Of a DNA stretch of 64,000 nucleotides, positions 34,557 through 42,855 are shown piece by piece. The position numbers and the translations under genes were made by a program. The notes below the pieces were generated by a model. The model ran no database searches. It was not told the origin of the DNA and was given only the letters and a program-made list of their open reading frames with translations. Every line of letters starts with the position of its first letter. Position 1 is the first letter of the stretch. The DNA comes from Parasporobacterium sp. (GTDB lineage: Bacteria; Bacillota; Clostridia; Lachnospirales; Lachnospiraceae), in NCBI GenBank assembly GCA_017510065.1, contig JAFWOB010000184.1, positions 4,671-68,670 of the forward strand, in the 5' to 3' direction.

Positions 34557-36746
34557 ATGAAGAAATTACTTACGATCATGATCGCAGTCTGTATGATCTT
34601 CAGCTTATGCATGACTGCATCGGCAGGCGCTCCTGCTCCGGCACCGGAGGGAGAAAGCGTTGGTGCTCCTGCAGAAGGCGGATCAGAAGGCGGCGACAGC
34701 GCGCAGGCACCTGCCCAGGGCGGTGACAGCAGCGCTGATCAAGGCGCAGGCGGTCCCGGTGGCGACAGCGCAGGCGGTCCCGGCGGCGACAGCGCAGGCG
34801 GCGGTCCGGGAGGACCGGGAGCAGGCGGCGGTAATGCAGGAGCAGCTACCGATACGGTAACCGTGGATCTGGTTCCGGAAGAAGTGGATGAACTGCTCAT
34901 CGGACCGGAAGGCTATGAATTTACAACAGACATGTATGTGGGAAAACTGGAGATCGATCCGTCAGCGCAGATCTCCTCCCAATATCCGATCATCGTTTTC
35001 TTTGAAGAATCCGATTCCGTTGAAAACGGGACCATCATCGGCAATGTTCAGTTTGTCTCCGACTACGATGAAGTGATCGCCATCGTCCATACCAATGATG
35101 TCCACGGCCATATCGAAGTGGAGCCCTATGTAAAGGGATATGCCGATGAGCTCAAGGCTTCCGGAGACTACTCCCTGGTACTGACCGTATCTGCAGGAGA
35201 TATCTACGGCGGCGGCGAAGCGGTAGCAGGATCCTATAACGGAGAATTCATCCCTGCCATCATGGACGATGTCTATGATGTGATCGCACCGGGCAACAAT
35301 GATTTCGGCTCCTACGGCGTAGTACGCCAGAACATCCTGCTTTCAAGACTCTACGAGAATTCACAGACTCTGTGCGCCAATGTGGAGACCAAGGATGAAG
35401 GCCTTGCCCTGGAAGAATACGCGGATGATTATGAAACAAAGATCGGGGATGAGCTCTTTGACGAACTGTATGATAAGGTAACTGCCGATGAAAACGGAGA
35501 GCTCGACCTGTCTGCCCTGGAAATGGAAGACCTGCCGGGTAATGCGCCGGCTTATCCGCACACCACAACCTTTACAACAGACAAAGGCACTGTGATCGGT
35601 CTCTTCGGCCTTACCACCAGCGGCGGTGCTCTGGATGTGGAACTGGACGGCACCGGCTCCATCACAAATGCACAGGCAAGCGTGGACGAACTCCGTGCGG
35701 AAGGAGCAGATATCGTCATCGGCGTCGGCCATACCGGATGGATGGGAGAAGAGGCAACCGGCGCTTCTTCCAATGACACCAACTCCTGGCAGCTGGCCAA
35801 TAAAGTACAGAACCTGGGGGTTTTCATTGACGGTCATACCCACTCCATCATCAATGAAGGACAGGGCGTCCTGGTCGGAGACGATCCGACCTATGTAAAC
35901 CAGGCGGAAAGCTTCGGCAACTGCATCGGAGAAATGTATCTCTACGTAAAAGACGGTGAACTCCTTGCCGTAAACGGCAATGTGATCCGCGATATGGAAG
36001 GGATCCCGGCAGATGCGCAGGTCCAGGAACTGGTAGACCTGGCCATGGCCCGCGTAAAAGAAGATTTTGGCAAGCCTATTGCCCATACCGATTATTTCCT
36101 GAACGGAGAAAGACTGTCTTCCGGCAATGAAGGCGGCAGTGTAAGAGGCAATGAGACCAACCTGGGCGATCTGATGACCGACGTAATCCGCGCGGCAGCA
36201 TCAGAGAAAACGGGCGTTGATTACGACTTTGTCTCCTACCCGGGATTCTGGCTTCGCTCCTCTGTGGAGGCAGGTGACATTACCCTGGAGAACCTGCAGG
36301 CGATCTTTGCCAACCCCACAGTTCTTTACTATGATACCTATACCGGACAGCAAGTTCTGGACATGGTTAAGAAAGGCCTGAACAGCATCTATCCTGAAAA
36401 GGAAGATACCACCTTCACCCATTACTCCGGCATCGAAGTCACCTATACCTACAACGCCGGCGGCTCCGGCACTCCGGTGACCATCAAAGTTGGCGACACC
36501 CTGGTGTATGATGCTGCGAACGGCGGTCTCCAAGTAGATGACTCCTGGACCTGCGAAGGCATCCTGACCATGACCGGCGGCGAGATCGACAGCTACACCG
36601 GCGATATGGCCAACTGGGTATGCGGCAGCAAGGAAGATGTCCAGCAGATGATCGGCGACTGGTTCCAGAGCCATACGGCTGAGGATTACACCGTCTACCC
36701 GAACACCGTCGCCCCCGGCGGACGTATCGTGGAAGTGGAAGGCTGA
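34557..36746 (+). CDS. secreted bifunctional metallophosphatase / 5'-nucleotidase with an N-terminal G/P/S/A/E-rich linker
   Basis: Signal peptide, low-complexity residues ~24-95 (GGPGGDSAGGPGGDSAGGGPGG). Then calcineurin-like motifs (HTNDVHGH, GDIYGG, PGNNDFG, GHTHS) and a 5'-nucleotidase C-terminal domain. Confidence 0.8.
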   Translation: MKKLLTIMIAVCMIFSLCMTASAGAPAPAPEGESVGAPAEGGSEGGDSAQAPAQGGDSSADQGAGGPGGDSAGGPGGDSAGGGPGGPGAGGGNAGAATDTVTVDLVPEEVDELLIGPEGYEFTTDMYVGKLEIDPSAQISSQYPIIVFFEESDSVENGTIIGNVQFVSDYDEVIAIVHTNDVHGHIEVEPYVKGYADELKASGDYSLVLTVSAGDIYGGGEAVAGSYNGEFIPAIMDDVYDVIAPGNNDFGSYGVVRQNILLSRLYENSQTLCANVETKDEGLALEEYADDYETKIGDELFDELYDKVTADENGELDLSALEMEDLPGNAPAYPHTTTFTTDKGTVIGLFGLTTSGGALDVELDGTGSITNAQASVDELRAEGADIVIGVGHTGWMGEEATGASSNDTNSWQLANKVQNLGVFIDGHTHSIINEGQGVLVGDDPTYVNQAESFGNCIGEMYLYVKDGELLAVNGNVIRDMEGIPADAQVQELVDLAMARVKEDFGKPIAHTDYFLNGERLSSGNEGGSVRGNETNLGDLMTDVIRAAASEKTGVDYDFVSYPGFWLRSSVEAGDITLENLQAIFANPTVLYYDTYTGQQVLDMVKKGLNSIYPEKEDTTFTHYSGIEVTYTYNAGGSGTPVTIKVGDTLVYDAANGGLQVDDSWTCEGILTMTGGEIDSYTGDMANWVCGSKEDVQQMIGDWFQSHTAEDYTVYPNTVAPGGRIVEVEG

Positions 36747-36814
36747 CAACAAGCCCCAGGCAGATCTCGTTTCCCGGCAGACCATAAAGCTTTTTCTAAC
36801 GGGCAGGAGGAAAA

Positions 36815-37016
36815 TGCAACGATTTGCCGGGTATGCGTGATTTTGTAAGACCCCCTTGCAACGATTTGCCGGGTATGCGTGATTTTTATGCCAAAACTGG
36901 CCGAAAAATCATTCATACCCGGCATTTTGTTGCATTTTTCCGCTGAGAATCGTTCATAGCCGTCAAATCGTTGCAGCGCATTTTGGAAAATCATTCATAC
37001 CCGGCAAATCGTTGCA
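36815..37016. repeat. clustered 30-nt repeat family, locus 1 (2 direct + 3 inverted copies)
   Basis: TGCAACGATTTGCCGGGTATGCGTGATTTT occurs at 36815-44 and identically at 36857-86. Inverted copies lie at 36905-34, 36946-75 and 36987-37016 (AAAATCATTCATACCCGGCAAATCGTTGCA). Spacing is 41-48 nt. Confidence 0.85.
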
Positions 37017-37029
37017 ACAGCTGAGCCTG

Positions 37030-37833
37030 TCAGGCTTCTTCCATCTTCACATGGGTCAGCGGGCCTCCGATACCGGCTTCTCCCAGCGCAGTGGAAATAT
37101 CTTTCATTAAGGCATTATAAACATCCCAGTACTTGTCCCCTTTTGCCCAGACTCGTACTGCATATTTCATACCGCCCGGCACGCCTTCCACCGGGGCGGC
37201 AAAGGGTTCTGCCGGCGCATGAAGAACGTCTCCGTTCCGGGCAATCGTATCCTGGATCACTTTCTGAACGGTTTCGATCTCATTGCCCGCTCCGATGTTA
37301 AATGTAAGATCCACTCTTCTGGTCTCTTCCGCTGAGCAGTTGGTCACATTGGCCCCCATCAAAGTCCCGTTCGGGATCGTCACCTGCTTGTTGTCCACCG
37401 TATTGAGCACAGTATAAAAAAGGGATACTTCCTTCACCGTTCCGTCTGCTCCTGTCGCACCGATGAAATCGCCAACCCGGAAGGGCTTAAAGACCAGCAG
37501 CATGATGCCGCCCGCCAGATTGCTCAGAGCTCCCTGCAAGGCCATGCCGATCGCCACGCCGCAGGATGCCAGCACCGTAACAATGGAGGCCATCGGTACT
37601 CCCAGAACTCCGATAATGGAGATCACCAGAATGATATGCAGACCGATCTTGATAAAGCTCCTGATAAAAGATCTTACCGTAGGCTCCAGTTTATTGATAA
37701 ATCTTCCTTTGTCCAGGAATTTCAGAAGCCATTTGATGACCAGTCTTCCCACGATCAGGATCACAATGGCGAGCAGGATCTTTCCCCCGGCCTGTGTCAA
37801 CAGATCAATCGCTTTCTTTGCAAATTCTTCCAT
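37030..37833 (-). CDS. small-conductance mechanosensitive channel (MscS family)
   Basis: TM helices followed by the MscS beta-domain (FRVGDFI...GTVKEVSLFYTVL...IPNG). Start set at ATG 37833 (AAGGAG upstream); the track start 37869 lacks an SD. Confidence 0.85.
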   Translation of the reverse strand: MEEFAKKAIDLLTQAGGKILLAIVILIVGRLVIKWLLKFLDKGRFINKLEPTVRSFIRSFIKIGLHIILVISIIGVLGVPMASIVTVLASCGVAIGMALQGALSNLAGGIMLLVFKPFRVGDFIGATGADGTVKEVSLFYTVLNTVDNKQVTIPNGTLMGANVTNCSAEETRRVDLTFNIGAGNEIETVQKVIQDTIARNGDVLHAPAEPFAAPVEGVPGGMKYAVRVWAKGDKYWDVYNALMKDISTALGEAGIGGPLTHVKMEEA

Positions 37834-38022
37834 AATGAATAAAACTCCTTTCCTTTGCTGCTTTTGCATCGATATTGGTGTTATCTTAACATATCCGCGA
37901 AATTTTTTTCAAAAAGACTGTAACATTTTTGCAGGAAGATGCATTAATATATAGCGGGACGAAAAAGGAGATTCAGGTTCCGAAACGATCCGGCCGAAAC
38001 ACACAGAAAGGGAAACTACACA

Positions 38023-38496
38023 ATGCAGTCCATGGATGAGATCTATCAGCAATACGCCAAAACCGTCTACCGGTTTTTGCTGTCTCTCACCCATGACAGC
38101 GAGCTGGCAGAGGAGCTGACTCAGGAAACGTTTTACCAGGCGATCCGGACCAGCAATCATTACGATGAAAGCTGCCGGATCACCACCTGGCTGTGCGGGA
38201 TTGCCCGAAACGCTTTTCTGACACATCTGCGCAAGCATCCTGTTCAGGAAGATATCGAAGAACAGGAGATCCCGGTGGACTCTGCGGAAAAGGACGCCCT
38301 CCGGTCTGTGGAGCGGATGGAACTGTTCCGGCTGCTGCATTCCCTGGAAGATCCCTTCCGGGAAGTGATGTATCTGCGGATCTTTGGCGATCTGTCCTTC
38401 CGGGAGATCGCGCAGATCCTCGACAGATCAGAGAACTGGGCAAGAGTCACCTATTACCGCGGAAAAGAGAAACTAAAGGAACAGATACAGCCATAA
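38023..38496 (+). CDS. ECF-type RNA polymerase sigma factor
   Basis: 157 aa. Region 2 (AEELTQETFYQAI) and region 4 (LSFREIAQILDRSENWARVTYYRGKEKL). Confidence 0.85.
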   Translation: MQSMDEIYQQYAKTVYRFLLSLTHDSELAEELTQETFYQAIRTSNHYDESCRITTWLCGIARNAFLTHLRKHPVQEDIEEQEIPVDSAEKDALRSVERMELFRLLHSLEDPFREVMYLRIFGDLSFREIAQILDRSENWARVTYYRGKEKLKEQIQP

Positions 38497-39899
38497 TGGA
38501 GAAAACGATGAATAGAATACCTTGTGAAGTCGTGCGTGACCTGCTGCCCTCCTATGTAGATCAGCTGACAAGCGATATCACCAATCAATATATGGAAGAA
38601 CATCTGGCGCAGTGCCTTCCCTGCCGGGAACTCTGTCAGACCATGAAAACGCCGGAACCGGATGTATTCCGGGATCTGGAAATTACCAGTCCGTCAAAGG
38701 AAAATGCGGATGACAGAAAAATCGATTTTCTGAGAAAAACCCGCCGCCGGAACAAAGGGATCCTCTTCGGATGCATTGCTTTTGTGGTGCTCCTTCTGGG
38801 CGTTTTGTTCGTCACCCGTTATCTGATTGGAAAAGACCTGGTTGACACACATGGCGATTTCTTCATGTGGGATCTGCAGGTAGATGAAAACCATCTGGAT
38901 CTAGACGGACGGGTAGTCAATGACATTTTCAAGATCACCGGGTTCGAAACGCAGATCCGGGACGGGGTCCTGTATATTGATGCCAAGATCGTTCCTTCCG
39001 GGTTGGTGGCAAGCATGCTCTACGGGCGGGAATTTCATTTTGACTATGACGCGAAAGAGCCCATCCATCAGGTCAATGTAAACGGCCGGATCCTGTACAA
39101 CGAAGGCGATATGATCTCCATGCAGGCTTCCAGCATTTACCAGTCCAGGCATCTGTATATCGGAGATATGCCGATGAACAGCTATACCGCGAACATGCTG
39201 AATCTCTCCAACTATCTGGGGCCTTATGAAAATGAACTGCAGACAGAAAAGGAGCCCTATGGATGGACGATCCGGCTGAAGGAAGAGATCCCGGCTAATA
39301 AAAAGGCTGTCCGGGAGGAGGATATGAACGCCTTCTCCTATGTGATACTGGCGGTGATCCGCAACCTTGACAGTGTCACCTTCGAATACAGGGTTGACGG
39401 TAAAACCTTCTCCAGGACCACGACCTCCGAAGATGCCTCGGCATTTCTGGGACAGGATATCAAGGACTGCTATGACGATGTCAGCCTGCTGGACGACCTG
39501 CTCCGCAAAAGCGATCTGAACACCTATGCCTTCGGCTCGGTGTCTGCTATAGATCAGCGTCTCATCTACTTTCATGTGGTCAACAACGCCGATGAACCAC
39601 TCCAGGCCATCCTCGCCGATGTCTACGTCGACGGTGAACTGGCGGAAAGCCAGGGAAGTACCAATGCTGATGAATCCCCTCTGGAGAAAGGCGAACTGCT
39701 GACGTTCTTTCTCGACAACGAGCACACTATAGACAAGCTGGAGGATCATTCCGAACTGAAACTGGAGTTTTCGGTGCAGACCCCGGAGGGAAAGACCTAT
39801 AAAATACCAGGCCAGATGCGGATCCCCCTCTCCAGCGGTCTCATCCATGATATCCACATTGCCGGTAATTCTGAGAGTGGATTTACCGTGAGCCAGTGA
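38496..39899 (+). CDS. anti-sigma factor (zf-HC2, single TM, extracytoplasmic DUF4825-like domain)
   Basis: The ATG overlaps the sigma stop (TAATG). MEKTMNRIPCEVVRDLLPSYVD...HLAQCLPCRE is the zf-HC2 motif. TM helix GILFGCIAFVVLLLGVLFV. The upstream part of track ORF 38193.. is rejected. Confidence 0.75.
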   Translation: MEKTMNRIPCEVVRDLLPSYVDQLTSDITNQYMEEHLAQCLPCRELCQTMKTPEPDVFRDLEITSPSKENADDRKIDFLRKTRRRNKGILFGCIAFVVLLLGVLFVTRYLIGKDLVDTHGDFFMWDLQVDENHLDLDGRVVNDIFKITGFETQIRDGVLYIDAKIVPSGLVASMLYGREFHFDYDAKEPIHQVNVNGRILYNEGDMISMQASSIYQSRHLYIGDMPMNSYTANMLNLSNYLGPYENELQTEKEPYGWTIRLKEEIPANKKAVREEDMNAFSYVILAVIRNLDSVTFEYRVDGKTFSRTTTSEDASAFLGQDIKDCYDDVSLLDDLLRKSDLNTYAFGSVSAIDQRLIYFHVVNNADEPLQAILADVYVDGELAESQGSTNADESPLEKGELLTFFLDNEHTIDKLEDHSELKLEFSVQTPEGKTYKIPGQMRIPLSSGLIHDIHIAGNSESGFTVSQ

Positions 39900-39927
39900 T
39901 TGCCTCCTCTTCAACTTGTGATATAAT
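39900..39927 (+). promoter_or_regulatory. promoter of the AAA+ gene
   Basis: TTGCCT (39900-05), 16 nt, TGa-TATAAT (39922-27). Confidence 0.5.
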
Positions 39928-39965
39928 GCATATTTGAGATGACTTGCGAGTACAGGAGGATTTAC

Positions 39966-40961
39966 ATGGCTGACAATAAACTGGTCAATCTGTTTGACGA
40001 TCTTTACGGCTCTCCGGAAGTTACGACGAATGCGAAGGGAACGAACAATAAACAAACCAATGCCCCATGGGTTGAGAAATATCTGGCCAACCGGGCCGCT
40101 GCAGGAGAACCTGTACCTGCAAAGCAGGAAGCTGCAGCAGTTCAGGAAGAAGAAACAGATCCCATGGAAGAGCTGGACGCTCTCATCGGTCTCCAGTCCA
40201 TCAAACATGATGTGAAGGAGCTGATCGCCTATGCCAAAGTCCAGAAAATGCGGGAGGAAAACGGTCTGAAAACCGCCCCTGTTTCCCTGCATCTGGTATT
40301 TACCGGCAACCCCGGCACCGGCAAGACCACCGTGGCCAGGATCATGGCCAAGCTGTACCGTCAGATCGGTGTTCTGTCCAAGGGACAGCTGGTGGAGGTG
40401 GACCGTTCCGGTCTGGTCGCAGGCTATGTAGGACAGACCGCACTGAAGACCCAACAGAAGATCGAAGAAGCTCTGGGCGGCGTTTTATTCATTGATGAAG
40501 CCTACGCTCTTGCCAAGGAAGGAAATGATTTCGGGCAGGAAGCCATCGATACCATCCTGAAGGCAATGGAGGACAACCGGGGCGATTTCATCGTGATCGT
40601 GGCCGGTTACACACATCCCATGGAAACCTTTATCGAAAGCAATCCGGGTCTGAAATCCCGTTTCAACAAATACATCGAGTTTGCGGATTACACCATGGAA
40701 GAACTGACGGCGATCTTCCAAACCTTCTGTGACAAATACGAATATGAGATCGATGAGGAAAACCTGGAACGGGTGACCGAGCTGCTCCGGATCAAGAAGA
40801 CGGAAACCTTTGAGAATTTCGCAAATGCCCGGGAAGTAAGGAACCTGTTTGAAAAGATCATTACCAATCAGGCCCGGAGGCTCAGCGATATGGAAAATCC
40901 CAGTGTGGAAGATATGCGAAAGATCCTTTATGAAGATCTGTTTGACGAGGAAGAACAATAA
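39966..40961 (+). CDS. AAA+ ATPase, SpoVK/CbbX-like
   Basis: Start at ATG 39966 after AGGAGG. Walker A GNPGTGKTT, Walker B VLFIDEAY, and the SpoVK-type C-terminal helical domain. Confidence 0.85.
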   Translation: MADNKLVNLFDDLYGSPEVTTNAKGTNNKQTNAPWVEKYLANRAAAGEPVPAKQEAAAVQEEETDPMEELDALIGLQSIKHDVKELIAYAKVQKMREENGLKTAPVSLHLVFTGNPGTGKTTVARIMAKLYRQIGVLSKGQLVEVDRSGLVAGYVGQTALKTQQKIEEALGGVLFIDEAYALAKEGNDFGQEAIDTILKAMEDNRGDFIVIVAGYTHPMETFIESNPGLKSRFNKYIEFADYTMEELTAIFQTFCDKYEYEIDEENLERVTELLRIKKTETFENFANAREVRNLFEKIITNQARRLSDMENPSVEDMRKILYEDLFDEEEQ

Positions 40962-41002
40962 AGCTGGCTTCATTACAATAGCAGCTGATCTTGCTCTGTG
41001 AT

Positions 41003-41351
41003 CTGTTCTTGTTTGTTCTCATTTTGGTCATTTGTCGGTTCTGAGAACACCAGCTGTTCTCAGAACACTCTTTTTCGAATATAGAGAATACAAAGTATTC
41101 TTGTAGAACCATTTTTCTATATATGAGAACTGGCAGACTATTCTCAAATCTCTTGTTTGCTCCAAAAAAGAATAAAAAGTGTACTCAAACAGGCATATCT
41201 TTGGAATAAAGAACACTTGGGCAGTTCTTAAAAAACAGAATGGCCTAAAAAAAGAACACTTGATATTCTCAACATCTAAAAACAGCCAAATAAAGAACAT
41301 CTGGCGTTCTCAATAAATGAAAATAGCTGAAAGAAGAACACCTATGGTTCC
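41003..41351. repeat. array of AGAACA-N-TGTTCT-type palindromes / ~42-bp degenerate tandem units in an AT-rich gap
   Basis: GTTCTGAGAACAC (41038-50) and GTTCTCAGAACAC (41056-68). AGAATACAAAGTATTCT (41085-101). GAGAAC..ATTCTC (41125-45). Then AAGAACAC-N6-AGTTCTT (41209-29), AAGAACAC-N5-ATTCTC (41252-70), AAGAACAT-N5-GTTCTC (41293-311) and AAGAACAC-N5-GTTCC (41334-51), spaced 43/41/41 bp. Confidence 0.75.
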
Positions 41352-41367
41352 TGTCGACCAGAAGACA

Positions 41368-41405
41368 AAGGGGCTGCCGCAATTATCCTATCGCGACAGC
41401 CCCTT
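41368..41405 (-). terminator. terminator after rnfB
   Basis: AAGGGGCTGCCGC...GCGACAGCCCCTT hairpin. On the minus strand it is followed by CUUUGUCUUC. Confidence 0.6.
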
Positions 41406-41425
41406 CAGAATGAAAACTCGAACTC

Positions 41426-42247
41426 TTATTTGTCTTTGTTGAATACGCCGCGGAAATCGGCTTCCATGATGCAGCCGGTCGGACAGATATCGTCGCAGGT
41501 TCCGCAGCTGATACATTTGCTGTAATCGATCTTCGCCAGGTTGTTGTCCATGGAAATGGCTTCTGCCGGACAGTTCTTGACGCATTTCTGACAGCCGATA
41601 CAGCCGTGTGTACAGACTTTTCTGGTCTGGGCACCCTTGTCATGATTGCTGCAGGTCACCTGACAGGTGATGGTATCTGCTTCCAGGGTGATCAGATGAT
41701 TCGGGCACGCCTTGGCGCATAGACCGCAGCCGATGCATTTTCTGGTATCCACATGGGCGATCCCTTTTTCCAGGCAGATTGCACCCTGCGGACAGACCGC
41801 TGCACAGTCTCCCAGGCCGATACAGCCGTAGGTACAGGAACCTCTGCCGCCGTAGAACAGCTTCACAGCCTTACAGCTTTCGATGCCCTGATAATCCATC
41901 TTATCATGGGTGACATCACAGTCGCCTTTACAATGGATCACGGCGACCTGCTCCACAACATCTTCCGCTTCCACGCCCAACACCGCTGCGATCTGCGCCG
42001 CCACGCCGTCGCTTCCGGGAATACATTTGGATGTCCTGGTCTCTTCCCCATTTGCCAGTGCGGCAGCATAGCCGTCACATCCCGCGTATCCGCAGGCTCC
42101 GCAGTTGGCTCCGGGAAGACATTCTCTGATCTTGCTTTCGGTTTCATTGACCGGTACCGCCATCACCTTGGATGCGATGGAAAGGACCACTGCGCAGATA
42201 AGGCCGATGACCGTGACCGAAACGATGGCTAACACAATTCCGTTCAT
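41426..42247 (-). CDS. rnfB: Rnf electron transport complex subunit B (polyferredoxin)
   Basis: 273 aa. N-terminal TM helix, CGACGYAGC cluster and several CxxCxxCxxxCP ferredoxin motifs. Confidence 0.9.
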   Translation of the reverse strand: MNGIVLAIVSVTVIGLICAVVLSIASKVMAVPVNETESKIRECLPGANCGACGYAGCDGYAAALANGEETRTSKCIPGSDGVAAQIAAVLGVEAEDVVEQVAVIHCKGDCDVTHDKMDYQGIESCKAVKLFYGGRGSCTYGCIGLGDCAAVCPQGAICLEKGIAHVDTRKCIGCGLCAKACPNHLITLEADTITCQVTCSNHDKGAQTRKVCTHGCIGCQKCVKNCPAEAISMDNNLAKIDYSKCISCGTCDDICPTGCIMEADFRGVFNKDK

Positions 42248-42258
42248 ACAGCACCTCC

Positions 42259-42855
42259 TTAACCGAACAGGTTTTCAACGACGCCGTTGAACCCGAAGAA
42301 TGACAGGGAAAGGATTGAAGCTGCCACCAGAACGATGGGCAGTCCCTTGAAGGACTCCGGCGGGTCGCTTGCCTCAATATGTCCCCTGACGCCTGCAAAC
42401 AGCACCATGGCCAGCATAAATCCGATACCGGAACCCAATGCATTGAAGATGGATTCCACAAAGGTATAGGATTTATCGATATTGGCGATGGTAACAGCCA
42501 GGACCGCGCAGTTGGTAGTGATCAGCGGCAGGTATACGCCCAGTGCCCGGTAAAGAGCCGGGATAAACCGTTTCAGGACGATCTCGACCAGCTGCACCAG
42601 GGCGGCGATGACCAGGATAAAGACGACTGTCTGCAGATATCCCAGTCCGTTCGGGGTCAAAAGAAGCATCTGGATCGGCCAGGTAACCGCTGTTGCCAGC
42701 ACCATAACAAAGATAACGGCGATGCTCATGCCGGTGGCGTTTTTCAATTCCTTGGACACGCCCAGGAACGGACAGATCCCCAGGAACTGACGAAGAACGT
42801 AGTTGTTGACCAGTACGCCGCTTAATAAGATGACGATCAATGCTTTGAAACTCAT
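42259..42855 (-). CDS. rnfA: Rnf complex subunit A
   Basis: 198 aa integral membrane protein; RnfA/NqrE-like sequence (LGICPFLGVS). Confidence 0.9.
   Translation of the reverse strand: MSFKALIVILLSGVLVNNYVLRQFLGICPFLGVSKELKNATGMSIAVIFVMVLATAVTWPIQMLLLTPNGLGYLQTVVFILVIAALVQLVEIVLKRFIPALYRALGVYLPLITTNCAVLAVTIANIDKSYTFVESIFNALGSGIGFMLAMVLFAGVRGHIEASDPPESFKGLPIVLVAASILSLSFFGFNGVVENLFG

Noticed and set aside
36815-37016. Possible CRISPR array (regular 30-nt repeats)
   Set aside because: Spacers are only about 11-18 nt, the repeat orientation switches midway, only 5-6 units are present, and there are no cas genes or leader in the window. The same applies to 56862..57104.
41028-41300. 90-aa minus-strand ORF in the AT-rich gap
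   Set aside because: Its composition is implausible (F, L, Y, K, I, C-rich). It has no SD and is built entirely from the dyad-repeat DNA.
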